Below, one piece after another: positions 10,972 to 25,864 of a stretch of DNA of 64,000 nt (its first letter is position 1; each line of letters starts with the position of its first letter). The notes under the pieces were generated by a model that was not told where the DNA came from, did no database searches, and saw only the letters and a list, made by a program, of their open reading frames with translations. Source of the DNA: Paraspadella gotoi (taxonomy: Eukaryota > Animalia > Chaetognatha); assembly GCA_051294375.1 (NCBI GenBank), contig CM119270.1:17482893-17546892 (forward strand), given 5' to 3'. A program made the position numbers and the translations under genes.

Positions 10972-11600
10972 TATTTTTCTTTTTTTTTTCTTTTTTTTTC
11001 TTATTCTTTTTCTTTTTCTTTCTTATTCTTTTTCTTTTTCTTTTTATTCTTTTTCTTACTTATTCTTTTCTTTTTCTTTTTTTTTCTTATTTTTTTATTT
11101 ATTTTTTTCTTTTTCTTTCTCATTCTTTTTCTTTTCTTTTTTTCTATTTTTTTTTCTTTTCTTTCTTATTCTTTTCTTTTTTCTTTCTTATTTTTTTCTT
11201 TTTCTTTTTTTAAATTATTTTTCTTTCTTATTCTTTTTCTTTTTTTTTTTTTTTCTTTTTTATTTCTTTTTCTTTTTCTTGGTTCCGATTCCATCTGTGA
11301 TACTTAAAATTTTGTTTTCCTTTTATTTCTGTTTCTTTTTTTATTCGTTTTCTATTTCTTTTACTTCCCTTTGCTCTTTCTTCATCTCTCGTTTTATACT
11401 TTTTATTTCTTTTTCTTTCTTATTCTTTATCTTTTTCTTTCTTTTACTCTTTCTTTTCTTTTTTCTTTCTTTTTTTTCTTCACTGACCTTTTCTTCTATT
11501 TCTACTTTTTTGGGGGGTATTTCATCTTTCTATTATTCTCTTTTCTTTCCTTCCTTTTTTTCTTTCTAATTTGTTTTCTTATTATCTTTTTTTTCTTTAA
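10972..11600. repeat. T/C-rich low-complexity tract (also 18095-18720 and 29715-30320)
   Basis: Degenerate (TTTTC/TTATTC)n. The Phe-rich ORFs here are artefacts. Confidence 0.9.
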
Positions 11601-12149
11601 CATGAACGTAAAGAACCTATTTTATGTTTTTTTCAAGCATTTGAAACTTATATTAGTTTTTGGGGCAGAGTGATTTCTCAGTATTAGTTTGGAGTAAATT
11701 TAATTCACTTGGTAACTCGCCAAAGTTACTGACTTTTACTATCGTTGTTTAAATGTCATCTTTTTGAAAAGTTATATATATATGTATTTTCACGAACAAA
11801 ATATATGAAGTTAAAAAGTGGAAAACGTTAAATTGACCAATAATGAAAATAAGATAAGCTAAACATAAAAAATAAAGCGAAAATGGAAGAAACATTACTA
11901 TTACAATACATTACATTACAATACTAAAAATGAAATAAAGATCAACCTTTGATCCACGATTGAAACGAACAACGACCTGATGTAAACAACAACAACACAA
12001 ACAACAGAAATCGAAATTGGAATCAAAGACCAAACATTTTTCGTCTGATTCTTTGAAATTATATTGGGATTTTGTGAATGAGAATGCGTTACTTATTCAC
12101 AACGTTATACTTTCAAGTTTATTTTTAAATTCGAAAAAAAGAGAGGGAA

Positions 12150-12238
<89 letters not shown>

Positions 12239-13026
12239 TTGTTCCTGAAGCCATGTAACCTTGAAAGAAAATGATAATCCATTCCACCATCCTTGCGAAA
12301 ATAAAAAAAAGAAGTAAAATAAATAAAAACGAGGGAAGTTTGAACATTTAAAAAAATGTTTCAAAATATATTCGTCTTTTTATTTCGCAAAAAAACTTGG
12401 ACGAGGATAACTTTTAAGGGAAACGAGGAGTCGTCAAACAAAAGTCGTCCCGCGCTAATCGCAAAAAAAATTTAAGGGGAGAGGAGAATCCCGAGTTTAC
12501 AAACGGCGCCGCGACGGAGGGACGACTTTTTATGGCCCCTTAAACCTTTTTTTTCGCCAGATATTTTTTTCAGGAGAGTTTTAATCGGGTTCGATTTTAA
12601 TGTTGCTTCGTCGTTTGGGCGTAAAAATTGTCCAGTAATGTTCGAGTGGAAAAAAATATTTGTAAGCTGGTGAAACTAAATAGTAAGAAAAACACAATAG
12701 CTGTTTTTGATTTTTTTTTTTAACTAAGAGAATTTGGGATTATTCGTTTTCAAAGCCACATTTGCATCAACTTCTCTCCACTTTTCCTCCTAATATTTTT
12801 GTCTTTTTTTTTCCTTCTTTAAATTTTTTTCCTCTTCAGTCATTCGAGCTTTTTTAATCCCTTAAGATTAAACTTAAGTTTATTTCCCGCTTTTTTTTTT
12901 CATCTTAGTTTTTTTAGAATTTTTGGAGTAGGAATGATTTAAAAAAAACAAAAAACAACGGTACTCAAAAATTTAACCTACATATACTTAAAAGTGATAT
13001 ANNNNNNNNNNNNNNNNNNNNNNNNN

Positions 13027-14229
13027 AGAGGCGCACAGGATATACAAGCGCAGGTGAGAGGGGTACAGAATAGAGCGGAGTCTGGTATACGAGCGATAAG
13101 TTGATAGACGCCTGGTAGAATGGCGCCGGCTTTGACGACGACGACCACAACTGCGACGACAATGACGATGAAGGTGACAACGACGACGACGACGACGGCG
13201 AAAATTCTGAGCTTTTATGTTTGCCCGAATTTGGGTCACTCCTTCAAGCGCCTCATTTTTCTTGATCGCTATTCTCGTCTTCAGTCAGAATTTATGATCG
13301 CGACTAAGCGATTACTTGAATAATGTCTCTTCAGTGTTATTTGAAATTCTTAAATACATTTGCATATTGAAGATTTTAATGTTTAGGCGAATTGTAGAAA
13401 AATTAATGTTCAAAAAAGTTGTGTTAATTTACGTTAATCATCGTTACTTTTAATTATAAATTTTAAACTATTTTTTATTTAGTTTTACAAGTATTATTTT
13501 ACAATAATTGGTATTCGCGATTACATATTAAATGTTTTTTTTGTCTTAGTTAGTTAGAAATCTGCTTTCGGAAGTGGTTTTTGAAGCTCATAAAAACAAA
13601 ATTCCCGTCTTATTGACAAATTGATTCTATCGGTTATCGTAAAATGAACAGGAATTTAATGTGTTACGTTGTTTAGTCATCCGGTATTAATGCAATAAAA
13701 GTAAATTAAATTACATATTACATTTTCTACCCGAATCAAAGTAAACTTACCTTCTCATTTTCTTCTTCTCCGGCCGCAGACGCCGTCGCCGATTCGTCAA
13801 ACGACGCCGCGGCGTCACCGGCGCCACTTCCGCTTCCGTCTCTATCGGCGCCGGACGACGGAACCGCGCGTCGATGAGAACGAGGCAGAGAGGATCCTCG
13901 TCCGAGAGTCGAGTCGGTCGTCGAGAGACGGAGCGACATCTTCCGGCTTTGGAGCTGAAGTAGTGGAAGTCTTCGTTGCTACTGCTGCCGTTGATGCTGC
14001 CGCTGCCGCTTCTTCCGCTGCTGCTCCCGTTTATCCCCCGATGTCCGTTCGTCCATTCGGCGCCGCAAAGACCAGACCTTGCGGCGCCGCGGGAATCTTC
14101 ATCGGCGCCGCAAGAGGGACGATCGTCGGAGCCGCAGTATCGTGAGCGGCGAGGACGACGCCGGTTTCGTCTCGTTGGCACGAGTAGAATCTAAATTTGG
14201 GGGGGGGGGGTAATGGAAAGTGAGAGAAG

Positions 14230-14278
<49 letters not shown>

Positions 14279-14285
14279 CTCTCTC

Positions 14286-14326
<41 letters not shown>

Positions 14327-15597
14327 CTATCTTTTATCTCTCACAACGATTCGTAAAGTGTAAACTTGATTTAAATCCAGAAAACTATTTTTTTTTTAAA
14401 AAGGCGAGAGAAAAAAAATCTCATTACAATGAAGGCTCGAATGGGACTTGGACTAATTCGATCGTAAAACGCATCGTTTACGACAGAAAATTTATTCGAA
14501 TCGGAAAAAAATATTTTTTTTTGAAAAAAAAAAAGCACTAATGATAATAATCGTAAATTTCCCTCCTCCCTTTCTTAATTTTCCTTCACCACCTTCACCA
14601 CCTTCACCACCTTCACCACCTTCACCACCTTCGCCCCAAAACCACCACCCTACCACACCGCCGATAAAAAAAAAACCCGGGTCGGACCGGGGTTCGATCC
14701 TTTAACACCTCCGACGGCGTGTCTCGGCCCCAAAACAAATCAATCAATCAAAAACCGAAGGCATGTCGCTCTTTAACCTCCTACCCGCCGTCCCGCCCAC
14801 CCCCCCCCCCTTTCGGTCTTTTTTCTTCCGAACGAAAAAGAAAAAAAAATTAAAAGTGAAAAAACAGAATTTGTTCGCGTCTCACGAATCGTAAAGCGCG
14901 TTGGGAACGTGACCTATCACGAGCCAATCACGAATGGAATCACAACGTGTGGTTAGGAACTTAGGATAAAAGGTATCACAAAATGAATGCAAATAGAAAC
15001 ATAAGGAATAGTGAAATTAAGATCGAATTCCTACTTTTAATTCTCTAAAAAAAAGAACGGTTATCAAATGTGTTGCGCTTGACTGCCTTCTCACGTATAT
15101 TTCTCGTGACATGACATGACGTGACATAACATGACATGACGTGACATGACTACAAATAACTTTCTTAGCCCGTGTATTTATGACACGCACTGCATCGGAA
15201 ATTCGTCTTTATAGTTAGTTATAGGATTTCCTAAAGGCGGCGCTATCAGTCACTTAGATTTGATGTTTTTTCCTGCCTTAACAATGAGCAACCAACTATA
15301 AGCAAATTATATGCATTTTTAACGTAAGTGGGACAGACCGACAAACAGACAGACCGACCGAAAAGTGACGAGTACTCGCGATGCAACTAAAAACCCGAAT
15401 GATTATCAACGAAAAATGAATTTTTGTCGTTAAAAACTCAGCGGAAATCCGTGAGAAAATTGACAGGACAAAAATGAAGACTTATTGTCATGTTCTCTTT
15501 TTTTTTTCCAGTGAGATTTTTCCGGAAAATATTGGCCAACCGCCAACGCTGATCTCATAAATCAAAGTTTGTGGCCCGAACGAAAGCCCGGGGGTGG

Positions 15598-15676
<79 letters not shown>

Positions 15677-17484
15677 AGAGAGAGAAGAGATAGAGAGAGA
15701 TGAGGATAATAGGGTAAATGTTGGGAGGCAGGGAGGAAGGAGAATATTAATTTCACTCTTGTGAAACTGGTGACTTTTACGGTTAAAAAGGGGAGGGTTG
15801 TTTCGTCCACTTTTTCATTTTGACGATTTTCATAATCGTCAAATTGATATTATTTTTCGTCACGAATCACGGGCCTCACATCTGTGAAAGCTTCACAACC
15901 GTCGCCCAGATGGAAAAGGAAATCGATTCTTAGCGATTAAATTTAATCGTGAAGGATGAAAACAGAATAAAATGGAATATTGAATAATGGATGACATAAT
16001 ACAAAAAAAAAAAAAAAAAATTCAATGTAAAATATTTTATTTTTTTATAAGAAATTAAACTAGTTCTTCATTTTATTATATTTTCTTTCACAACTCACTT
16101 GGTACAATCCCATGGATCACCGAAGATGCCCTCAGCTGGACACCGGAAGTTGCCCCCGAACCCTCCTCCTCCTCTTCCTCCTCTTTCATGACCGGAAATG
16201 ACGTCACTTCCGGTCTGTTTGACGCCAAAGTTGACGACGACGACGACGACGACGACGACGAAGGGAAATCGTCGCGTCGTTGGGCGTCGAGAGGACATCA
16301 ATCTGAATGAATGGAAACTTGGATGGTTGGATGGATGTATGATTGGATGGATGGATGAAAAGTTGAAAAGTTGAACGGATGGATGAATGGATTAAAGAAT
16401 GAAAAGTAGGATGGATGGTTAAATGAAAAGTTGAACGGATGGAAGAATGTTTTCAAGAATGAATGAATGAAAAGTAGGATGGATAGGAGAATGGATGGAT
16501 GGTTAAATGAAAAGTTTTAAAAAAAATCATTGAATGAATTTTATTGAGAGATTGGGGATTTGTTGAATCTTTGAAACGACGAAATGAAACGAAACGCATT
16601 ATATATCTTTATTCGCTAGCATTAAAAACTTTAAATTTATATAGTTAAAATTATTATAATGCAATATACGACTGACTAGATGACAGATTGAGAGAAAAAC
16701 GGAAAGATTAATTCGCGATGTTCAGACGTTTATTCCGGACTACAACAAAAGCCAAACCGACTTGAAAACAAAGGAACATTTTAAGCAGCGAAAAATTAGA
16801 ATTGATTTATCGTCGTCTCTCAGCCAAATGTACTTAAAAATATTTGAGTAGGTATATAGGGGCTAAGATAATGGTCGTGAGCTGATGATGACTTGACGCA
16901 ATGAGCCACAGAAGTTGTCATGAGTAAAGTCGATGTCAACTTTGTAATGTCCGACGACAAATAAATTCCCCGCTCTGTTTCAAGTTATGCGAATTTACGA
17001 AAAAGTTGCAGTTTTAAAACCAAGATTTAAATAAGAAAGGAAAACAAGAAAAAGTCCATAATTTAATAATAAAAAGGAAATTCGTACACCCTACTCACTC
17101 GTTATGCAAAAAAGTAGTTGGAACATTTTACTGTCGTCACAAGAAGCAACATTAGTTCGTAAAATCTTTTTTTTTCACTTTTAAGATTTTTTTTGACCAG
17201 GTTCATTTCGCCGCCATTTTGTTTTTTTTTTTTTGGTGAAACCGATTTATTTTTTTTAAATAATTTTCTTTTGTTTTTGTTTTGATCGTAGAAAAAAAAA
17301 GTTTATCGCGTCGATTGAATATTTCATGCAACTTTTTGGATCCGATGTTGTGTTTGTTGCGTTTCGATTTTGCTCCTATTTTTTGTTCGAGATGTTTTTG
17401 CGTTTCTGGTCAAAAATTAATCATTCACTCTTGGAGATGAATTATTCAAATGGATTTTTAAAAAGAGGGAGGGTTGGTGGGGGA

Positions 17485-17573
<89 letters not shown>

Positions 17574-19276
17574 TTTTTTCCACAGAGTTTTTTTCGTCAA
17601 GTATGACAGCAGTTTTGCCAGGACGTTTTTATGAATAAATTATTGGAATCTGCGGTGAAGAGAGAAATGGCTTATAAAAGTCCATGAAGTAATAAATATC
17701 CAACGATTACGAATGAGCACAATAATGGCCTAAAAAAACCGAAAACCCATTACTAAAATGGGATTACAAACGTAGTGTAATATTTTTAGAAGTCCGATGC
17801 TCCATAACAAAATCAAAACTGAAAGAAAAAAAAATCAATTCGCCGAAACTTATTGTTGCGACTTAAATAAATAAAGATGAGTAATAGTAATATTTAATAT
17901 GAAACATTAATCAAAAATGGATGAAGAGAGAGACCCATGGATCGAAAAAAAATATCGATGAATTGTAATAAATTGTAATAAATTGTAATAAATAGTGAAA
18001 AGGATTTAGAAAGGAAATCGACTGGGACGTCAATGACCAATAAAACCGTCAAGAAAATTTATCTCAAAGGATCGAAAATGAAGAGGGAATTTTAAGTATT
18101 TTTCTTTTTTTTTTCTTTTTTTTTCTTATTCTTTTTCTTTTTCTTTTCTTATTCTTTTTCTTTTTCTTTTTATTCTTTTTCTTACTTATTCTTTTCTTTT
18201 TCTTTTTTTTTCTTATTTTTTTATTTATTTTTTTTCTTTTTCTTTCTCATTCTTTTTCTTTTCTTTTTTTTCTTATTTTTTTTTCTTTTTCTTTCTTATT
18301 CTTTTCTTTTTTCTTTCTTATTTTTTTCTTTTTCTTTTTTTTAAAATTATTTTTCTTTTCTTATTCTTTTTCTTTTTTTCTTTTTTATTCTTTTTCTTTT
18401 TCTTGGTTCCGATTCCATCTGTGATACTTAAAATTTTGTTTTCCTTTTATTTCTGTTTCTTTTTTTTCGTTTTCTATTTCTTTTACTTCCCTTTGCTCTT
18501 TCTTCATCTCTCGTTTTATACTTTTTTATTTCTTTTTCTTTCTTATTCTTTATCTTTTTCTTTCTTTTACTCTTTCTTTTCTTTTTTTCTTTCTTTTTTT
18601 CTTCACTGACCTTTTCTTCTATTTCTACTTTTTTGGGGGGTATTTCATCTTTCTATTATTCTCTTTTCTTTCCTTCCTTTTTTTCTTTCTAATTTGTTTT
18701 CTTATTATCTTTTTTTTCTTTTAACATGAACGTTAAAAGAACCTATTTTATGTTTTTTTTCAAGCATTTGAAACTTATATTAGTTTTTGGGGCAGAGTGA
18801 TTTCTCAGTATTAGTTTGGAGTAAATTTAATTCACTTGGTAACTCGCCCAAAGTTACTGACTTTTACTATCGTTGTTTAAATGTCATCTTTTTGAAAAGT
18901 TATATATATATGTATTTTCACGAACAAAATATATGAAGTTAAAAAGTGGAAAACGTTAAATTGACCAATAATGAAAATAAGATAAGCTAAACATAAAAAA
19001 TAAAGCGAAAATGGAAGAAACATTACTATTACAATACATTACATTACAATACTAAAAATGAAATAAAGATCAACCTTTGATCCACGATTGAAACGAACAA
19101 CGACCTGATTAACAACAACAACAACAACAACAGAAAAATCGAAATTGGAATCAAAGACCAAACATTTTTCGTCTGATTCTTTGAAATTATATTGGGATTT
19201 TTGAATGAGAATGCGTTACTTATTCACAACGTTATACTTTCAAGTTTATTTTTAAATTCGAAAAAAAGAGAGGGAA

Positions 19277-19363
<87 letters not shown>

Positions 19364-21260
19364 GAGAGAGAGATTGTTCCTGAAGCCATGTAACCTTGAA
19401 AGAAAATGATAATCCATTCCACCATCCTTGCGAAAATAAAAAAAAGAAGTAAAAAATAAATAAAAACGAGGGAAGTTTGAACATTTAAAAAAAATGTTTC
19501 AAAATATATTCGTCTTTTTATTTTCGCAAAAAACTTGGACGAGGATAACTTTTAAGGGAAACGAGGAGTCGTCAAAACAAAAGTCGTCCGCGCCGCTAAT
19601 CGCAAAAAAAATTTAAGGGGAGAGGAGAATCCCGAGTTTACAAACGGCGCGCGGACGGAGGGACGACTTTTTATGGCCCCTTAAACCTTTTTTTTTCGCC
19701 AGATATTTTTTTCAGGAGAGTTTTAATCGGGTTCGATTTTAATGTTGCTTCGTCGTTTGGGCGTAAAAATTGTCCAGTAATGTTCGAGTGGAAAAAAATA
19801 TTTGTAAGCTGGTGAAACTAAATAGTAAGAAAAACACAATAGCTGTTTTTGATTTTTTTTTTTAACATAAGAGAATTTGGGATTATTCGTTTTCAAAGCC
19901 ACATTTGCATCAACTTCTCTCCACTTTTCCTCCTAATTATTTTTGTTCTTTTTTTTTCCTTCTTTAAATTTTTTTCCTCTTCAGTCATTCGAGCTTTTTT
20001 AATCCCTTAAGATTAAACTTAAGTTTATTTCCCGCTTTTTTTTTTTGTATCTTAGTTTTTTTAGAATTTTTGGAGTAGGAATGATTTAAAAAAACAAAAA
20101 AAACAACGGTACTCAAAAATTTAAACCTACATATACTTAAAAGTGATATTTTAATTTTTTTATATATTTATAATTTGATTTAATATTACTAAGTACTACG
20201 TCAGACACCTCTCAGTCAAAAACTTAACCGATCGTAACCATCTTTCCAATTACGACGGAAATATCGCAGAATCTCTCTCGAAATAATAATAAATGTTTAA
20301 ATCAAATTTTTTACCTTATTCCTCGTTTATTTTATCTTAACAACTTCCAAGACAAAAAAAAAACGCATTTAAAAAAATAAATACAAAACGGCTTCTCGCC
20401 TATTTTTTCCCCCAATTAAAATAAAAAAAATAATTCTTAGAGTCTTATCGTGAAATTTTTTTCGAGCCTTCCGGAACGAAAGGGGGGCGAGTGGGGGGGG
20501 GGAGAAGAATGCAGATAAGGCAAGCCGATGAAGGGAAGGCAGAAGAAAAACAGGAGCCACGGGATCGAATGAGAGAGATGGGACAAGCAAAGCATATAAA
20601 TTATCAAGTAGAAAAAAGATGATTAAAGAAGGGACTAGCAGCGCTTTTAAATCATTAAGATCAAAGAATTAGGATTTATATAAATCGTTCTTCAGAAGAA
20701 AAAAAAAAGATGACAAAGATGAGACAATGAGAACATCCTGAAAGAAAGCTTCGGGAAGGAGCAGACCAGCAACAGCGGGTACTTGGTAAGTGATGATGAA
20801 AGAGCGAGTACATTGCCAGGAGCGTTTTTGGCAGCTTGACAGAGGGCGCTCGAGAGACGTGAAGAGACGCGGAAGACCCGCCACATTTCTCCAATTAGTC
20901 GACACAAAAAATTCCGCGAAGATAAAAAATATTTGAGAAAATGTAAAAAAAATGTAAAAAAAGTTTTGGTTTTTTTTTTTTCGTTTTTTTTTCCCCGGTC
21001 TGTTTTTTATTATTTCTAGGGCAAGCAAAAAATGAAGATGATATCTTTTTTTGAAGACAATTTTTTTTTTAAATTTTTTCTTATTCTCTTATCGATGTTA
21101 AGAATCACGGTGAAAAAATAAAAAAAGAGAGAAATGATCTTCCGGTATTTTTATTTTTTTTTAAAATTCGAGTTTTAGTGTCGGAAAAAAAAAAGAGGTT
21201 TAAAGGCATATTTCGTGGTTCTTTGAAACCTGGGCTCGAAATTAAAAAAACCAGAGAGAG

Positions 21261-21306
<46 letters not shown>

Positions 21307-21437
21307 GGGGGGGATTTGCTAGCCGCGGTTTTTTAAATCAGGGAAAAAAATCGAACCTGCTCATTTACCAATAAGACATTTAATAAAAGGTTAGTACGGG
21401 ACATCAGTCGTAAAGTGAGTCTTTATTTCTAGTTGAT
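13027..21437. repeat. Segmental block copy 2, bounded by 25-N gaps
   Basis: Starts just after the gap at 13002-13026 and ends at the gap at 21438-21462. Differs from copy 1 mostly by homopolymer indels. Confidence 0.9.
13751..16298 (-). CDS. Second copy of chitin-binding gene exons A (16099-16298) and B (13751-14190)
   Basis: Near-identical to 6667-9175. Exon A is intact (track ORF 16095..16301); exon B has a 1-bp deletion near 14146. Probably an uncollapsed assembly duplicate. Confidence 0.55.
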
Positions 21438-21569
21438 NNNNNNNNNNNNNNNNNNNNNNNNNCTCATTACAATCAAGGCTCGAATGGGACTTGGGCTAAT
21501 TAGATCGTAAAACGCATCGTTTACGACAGAAAATTTATTCGAATCGGAAAAAAAATATTTTTTTTTGAT

Positions 21570-22880
21570 AGTCCGGGAGTGATTGTATCGTACCGCTTTA
21601 GGCAAGCGCTTCACCGTGATCGTACGGGGTTGGTGCTTCTTGAAGCTGATGGTGATGACGCAGTGGCGAGACGAAAATGCCAAGGCTTAGTAGCCTGTCC
21701 TTGATGACATGAATATGGAACCAGCCGTTTATTGATGCATCCTCAGATGATGCTCCTGGCGGTCAGCAGATGGAGGGGGAAGCCCCAATCCACGACGGCC
21801 AGTTGAGGCTAGTGCCTGCTCGCTCCACGACGGCGGTGGACACAAATGGAAGCAACCTCCGCCCCCCCTTGATCGTGATCTGCTCGATCAGCCACCGGCA
21901 ACTTCGGAAGTTTGTCGACGGCGGTAGATTGATTACTCTAGATGCTCGGCATGCTATGATAGTGCTTGTTGCATTTGACGGCATTTCGTTTTGCTGCTTG
22001 ATTTGATTTATTAATTTGATTTAGATCGGTATTTTAGACTGGCATAAGTGATTTCAAATATGATTTTGGCTTATGGATTGGTTTTAGACATCGAGATTCG
22101 TTGCTTTTTTATTGATTTAATTGATTTTCTGTAGATTGGATCTGGTGTCGGATATTGGAGAGAGATCGATTTCTGGACCAAGTGGGTCTGTGATGGAGGG
22201 GGAATTGTTACCTTCCCTTAATTGACTCTTTTTGAAGCCTTCCTGATCCACTTTTGCCTCACTTCTCTCCCCCCTGTCCGTTGCCTGTGATTGGCAACAG
22301 GACGGGTCTCGGAGACGGTAAGGAGTTGGCCGCTTAATCCATTTTTCAGGTCAGTGAAGACGCAGTAGTGGACTTCAGCGCGGCCTCCGACAAAGCGGTC
22401 TTGCGGGAGGGGGTGTATCTGTGTTGGGCGCGCGGTTACCCTTCGCGTTTGGATGCAAAATGCAAGCTTCTTCCCTGCGGTCCTGGATATGGCGGGCCTG
22501 GACAACTCACCGTCGAGAATTGGGAGAAGATAATTCACTACTTTTTACGCCGCGGTTTCCGCGCGCACCATTGAGGAAAACGCGTTGTCGTCGTATTATA
22601 GTGGATGCATTGATCTTGTAAAACGGACGGACCAACCGTTATTCAACCCAGTAGAGGTTTATTTTACTTATGATGCACGAATTTTTTAACTTGTTTTTTA
22701 AAGTGTTTTTTTAATATGTTTTTACCCTGTTTTAACTGGTTTTACATTGTTTATTTGATTTTAATACGTTTATTTCGTGGCCTTTTTACTTGAACTAATA
22801 CATTGTATCTTATTAACCTCAACTAACCTTACGAATTCGTGGCCGAGCAATTTAGGTTAATTTGAGTACAAGATCAAACA
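21570..22880 (+). mobile_element. 3' end of an LTR retrotransposon: internal remnant, polypurine tract and 3' LTR (22206-22880)
   Basis: The purine tract GGAGGGGGAA (about 22195-22204) precedes TGTTA at 22206. The segment ends ...GATCAAACA at 22880, exactly where homology to 4165 resumes. TGTT...AACA termini are typical of Bel/Pao or Gypsy LTRs. No recognisable pol motif. Confidence 0.6.
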
Positions 22881-24192
22881 AACCTATTGTCTGTTATTTA
22901 ACTAAGTAATAAATTGGTTCTGTATCGGAGAAATTCTGGAACTCTTAATTAATAAAAAACACTATTTAGACGTTTCCTTATTTATATAAATTGGTACAAC
23001 CAATATAAAAAATTATCCATTCATTTAATAAATAAGCTATCTTGCCCTGACTTTGGACAGGCTTTGGTGGTTTAAGGCCTCCATCACTCTTACAAGATAA
23101 TGACATAGCAGGTCCCAGCAAGCTTTCAATCAAGACACTCTCACAGTCTCGTTTATTCACTCCAGAGTACCTGGCTTCCCTATCAATGAAGTGGAAATAT
23201 TTCAAAGAATGTTTTCAATTGTATGAAAAGACCACTCCCTTAAGTATAATAGAATTGTAAATTGGCTCCAACAATACTTTGACTGAAGATAGTATCATAC
23301 AGATAAAGCCAGCTTTTGAGCGTTCAACCTGACGCAACACGTTTCTATATCAATATGAGGTGAGAAGGAGGTGAGAATGATAAATACAAGGGGGTAGGGG
23401 GGCGGGTGAGGAAACAATGGAATCGAGGATGGAAAGACGGGACCGACAACCAGACTGACCGACCATGCCAGAAAAGTGTGAAGGTGAGATGTGAGATATC
23501 CGTGATTTTTTTGGCGAGTAAGGTCGAATCCTCTGACCATGATGACGAGAACGATCATCCGTTGACGTCTCGAGTTCTTTCGCCAATTAACCTCTTGACG
23601 CTCATTGACTTCAAAGGTTATTGCAGATGGAACGTACGGGTGAGATGGATGGGAAAATATATGGTAAAGCATCGACTGTATGAAACTAACATTGATGCGA
23701 ACAAACACACAGAATAATCAGTGTTAGGGAATAAAAAAATGTCTTTCAGATTCAAATTTAATACGGAGAAAGTTTGCCAAAGCCTATTTTGATGGAGCGT
23801 TTCGTAAGGAATGACGAGAAAAAAAGAGGGTAGAAGGAACAATAAATAAAAAAAAGGAAAGAAAAAGAAGAAATAAAAAAGAAGGGGGTGGAAAGAGAGA
23901 TAAAGTAAAAAAGAATGTGAAAGAATAAAGAAGGAAAGGAAAAGGGAAACTACTTAGAGAGGAAGGGACAGAAAAAGAAAGAAGGCAGAAAAAAGTAAAA
24001 AAGAAAGTAAATTAAAAAAGTGAAAATTTAAAAAAAAAAGAAAGAAAAGTAGAATAGAAAAGAAAGAAAAGGTTAAAGATAGGAAGAGGATCTAAAAGTG
24101 CGGTGAGGAATTTACGAGAGATGAGAACAGACGGAAAGGAAAATTACGAGTTGTTTCTGGCGGAAGAGGAAACGACGGCGTCACTTCGCGCC

Positions 24193-24284
<92 letters not shown>

Positions 24285-25766
24285 GGCGCCGAATTGGCGG
24301 CGAGGGGGGGGGGCGAGAGGGGAGAAGGGGAGAGGGCGCCGGGAGGTGGGGCGCTGCGGCGTCGATTTAAGAGGGGGACGGGTAGTTGCGAGCGCAATCT
24401 CGAGGAGTGCCTAGTGGAGTGGTGCAAATTGTAGGCGCGCATGATAGAGGGCCGCTGGTTAGAGGGGCGCAGGGTAGGGGCGCACAGGATAGAAGGGCGC
24501 AGGTCAGAGGTGCACAAAATAGAGGGGTGTGGGTTAGATGGGCGCAGGATAGAGGGGTGCAGGTTAGAGGCGCACAGGATATACAAGCGCAGGTGAGAGG
24601 GTACAGAATAGAGCGGAGTCTGGTATACGAGCGATAAGTTGATAGACGCCTGGTAGAATGGCGCCGGCTTTGACGACGACGACCACAACTGCGACGACAA
24701 TGACGATGAAGGTGACGACGACGACGACGACGACGGCGAAAATTCTGAGCTTTTATGTTTGCCCGAATTTGGGTCACTCCTTCAAGCGCCTCATTTTTCT
24801 TGATCGCTATTCTCGTCTTCAGTCAGAATTTATGATCGCGACTAAGCGATTACTTGAATAATGTCTCTTCAGTGTTATTTGAAATTCTTAAATACATTTG
24901 CATATTGAAGATTTTAATGTTTAGGCGAATTGTCGAAAAATTAATGTTCAAAAAAGTTGTGTTAATTTACGTTAATCATCGTTACTTTTAATTATAAATT
25001 TTAAACTATTTTTTATTTAGTTTTACAAGTATTATATTTACAATAATTGGTATTCGCGATTACATATTAAATGTTTTTTTGTCTTAGTTAGTTAGAAATC
25101 TGCTTTCGGAAGTGGTTTTTGAAGCTCATAAAAACAAATTCCCGTCTTATTGACAAATTGATTCTATCGGTTATCGTAAAATGAACAGGAATTTAATGTG
25201 TTACGTTGTTTAGTCATCCGGTATTAATGCAATAAAAGAAATTAAATTACATATTACATTTTCTACCCGAATCAAAGTAAACTTACCTTCTCATTTTCTT
25301 CTTCTCCGGCCGCAGACGCCGTCGCCGATTCGTCAAACGACGCGCGGCGTCACCGGCGCCACTTCCGCTTCCGTCTCTATCGGCGCCGGACGACGGAACC
25401 GCGCGTCGATGAGAACGAGGCAGAGAGGATCCTCGTCCGAGAGTCGAGTCGGTCGTCGAGAGACGGAGCGACATCTTCCGGCTTTGGAGCTGAAGTAGTG
25501 GAAGTCTTCGTTGCTACTGCTGCCGTTGATGCTGCCGCTGCCGCTTCTTCCGCTGCTGCTCCCGTTTATCCCCCGATGTCCGTTCGTCCATTCGGCGCCG
25601 CAAAGACCAGACCTTGCGGCGCCGCGGGAATCTTCATCGGCGCCGCAAGAGGGACGATCGTCGGAGCCGCAGTATCGTGAAGCGGCGAGGACGACGCCGG
25701 TTTCGTCTCGTTGGCACGAGTAGAATCTAAATTTGGGGGGGGGGGGTAATGGAAAGTGAGAGGAAG

Positions 25767-25864
<98 letters not shown>

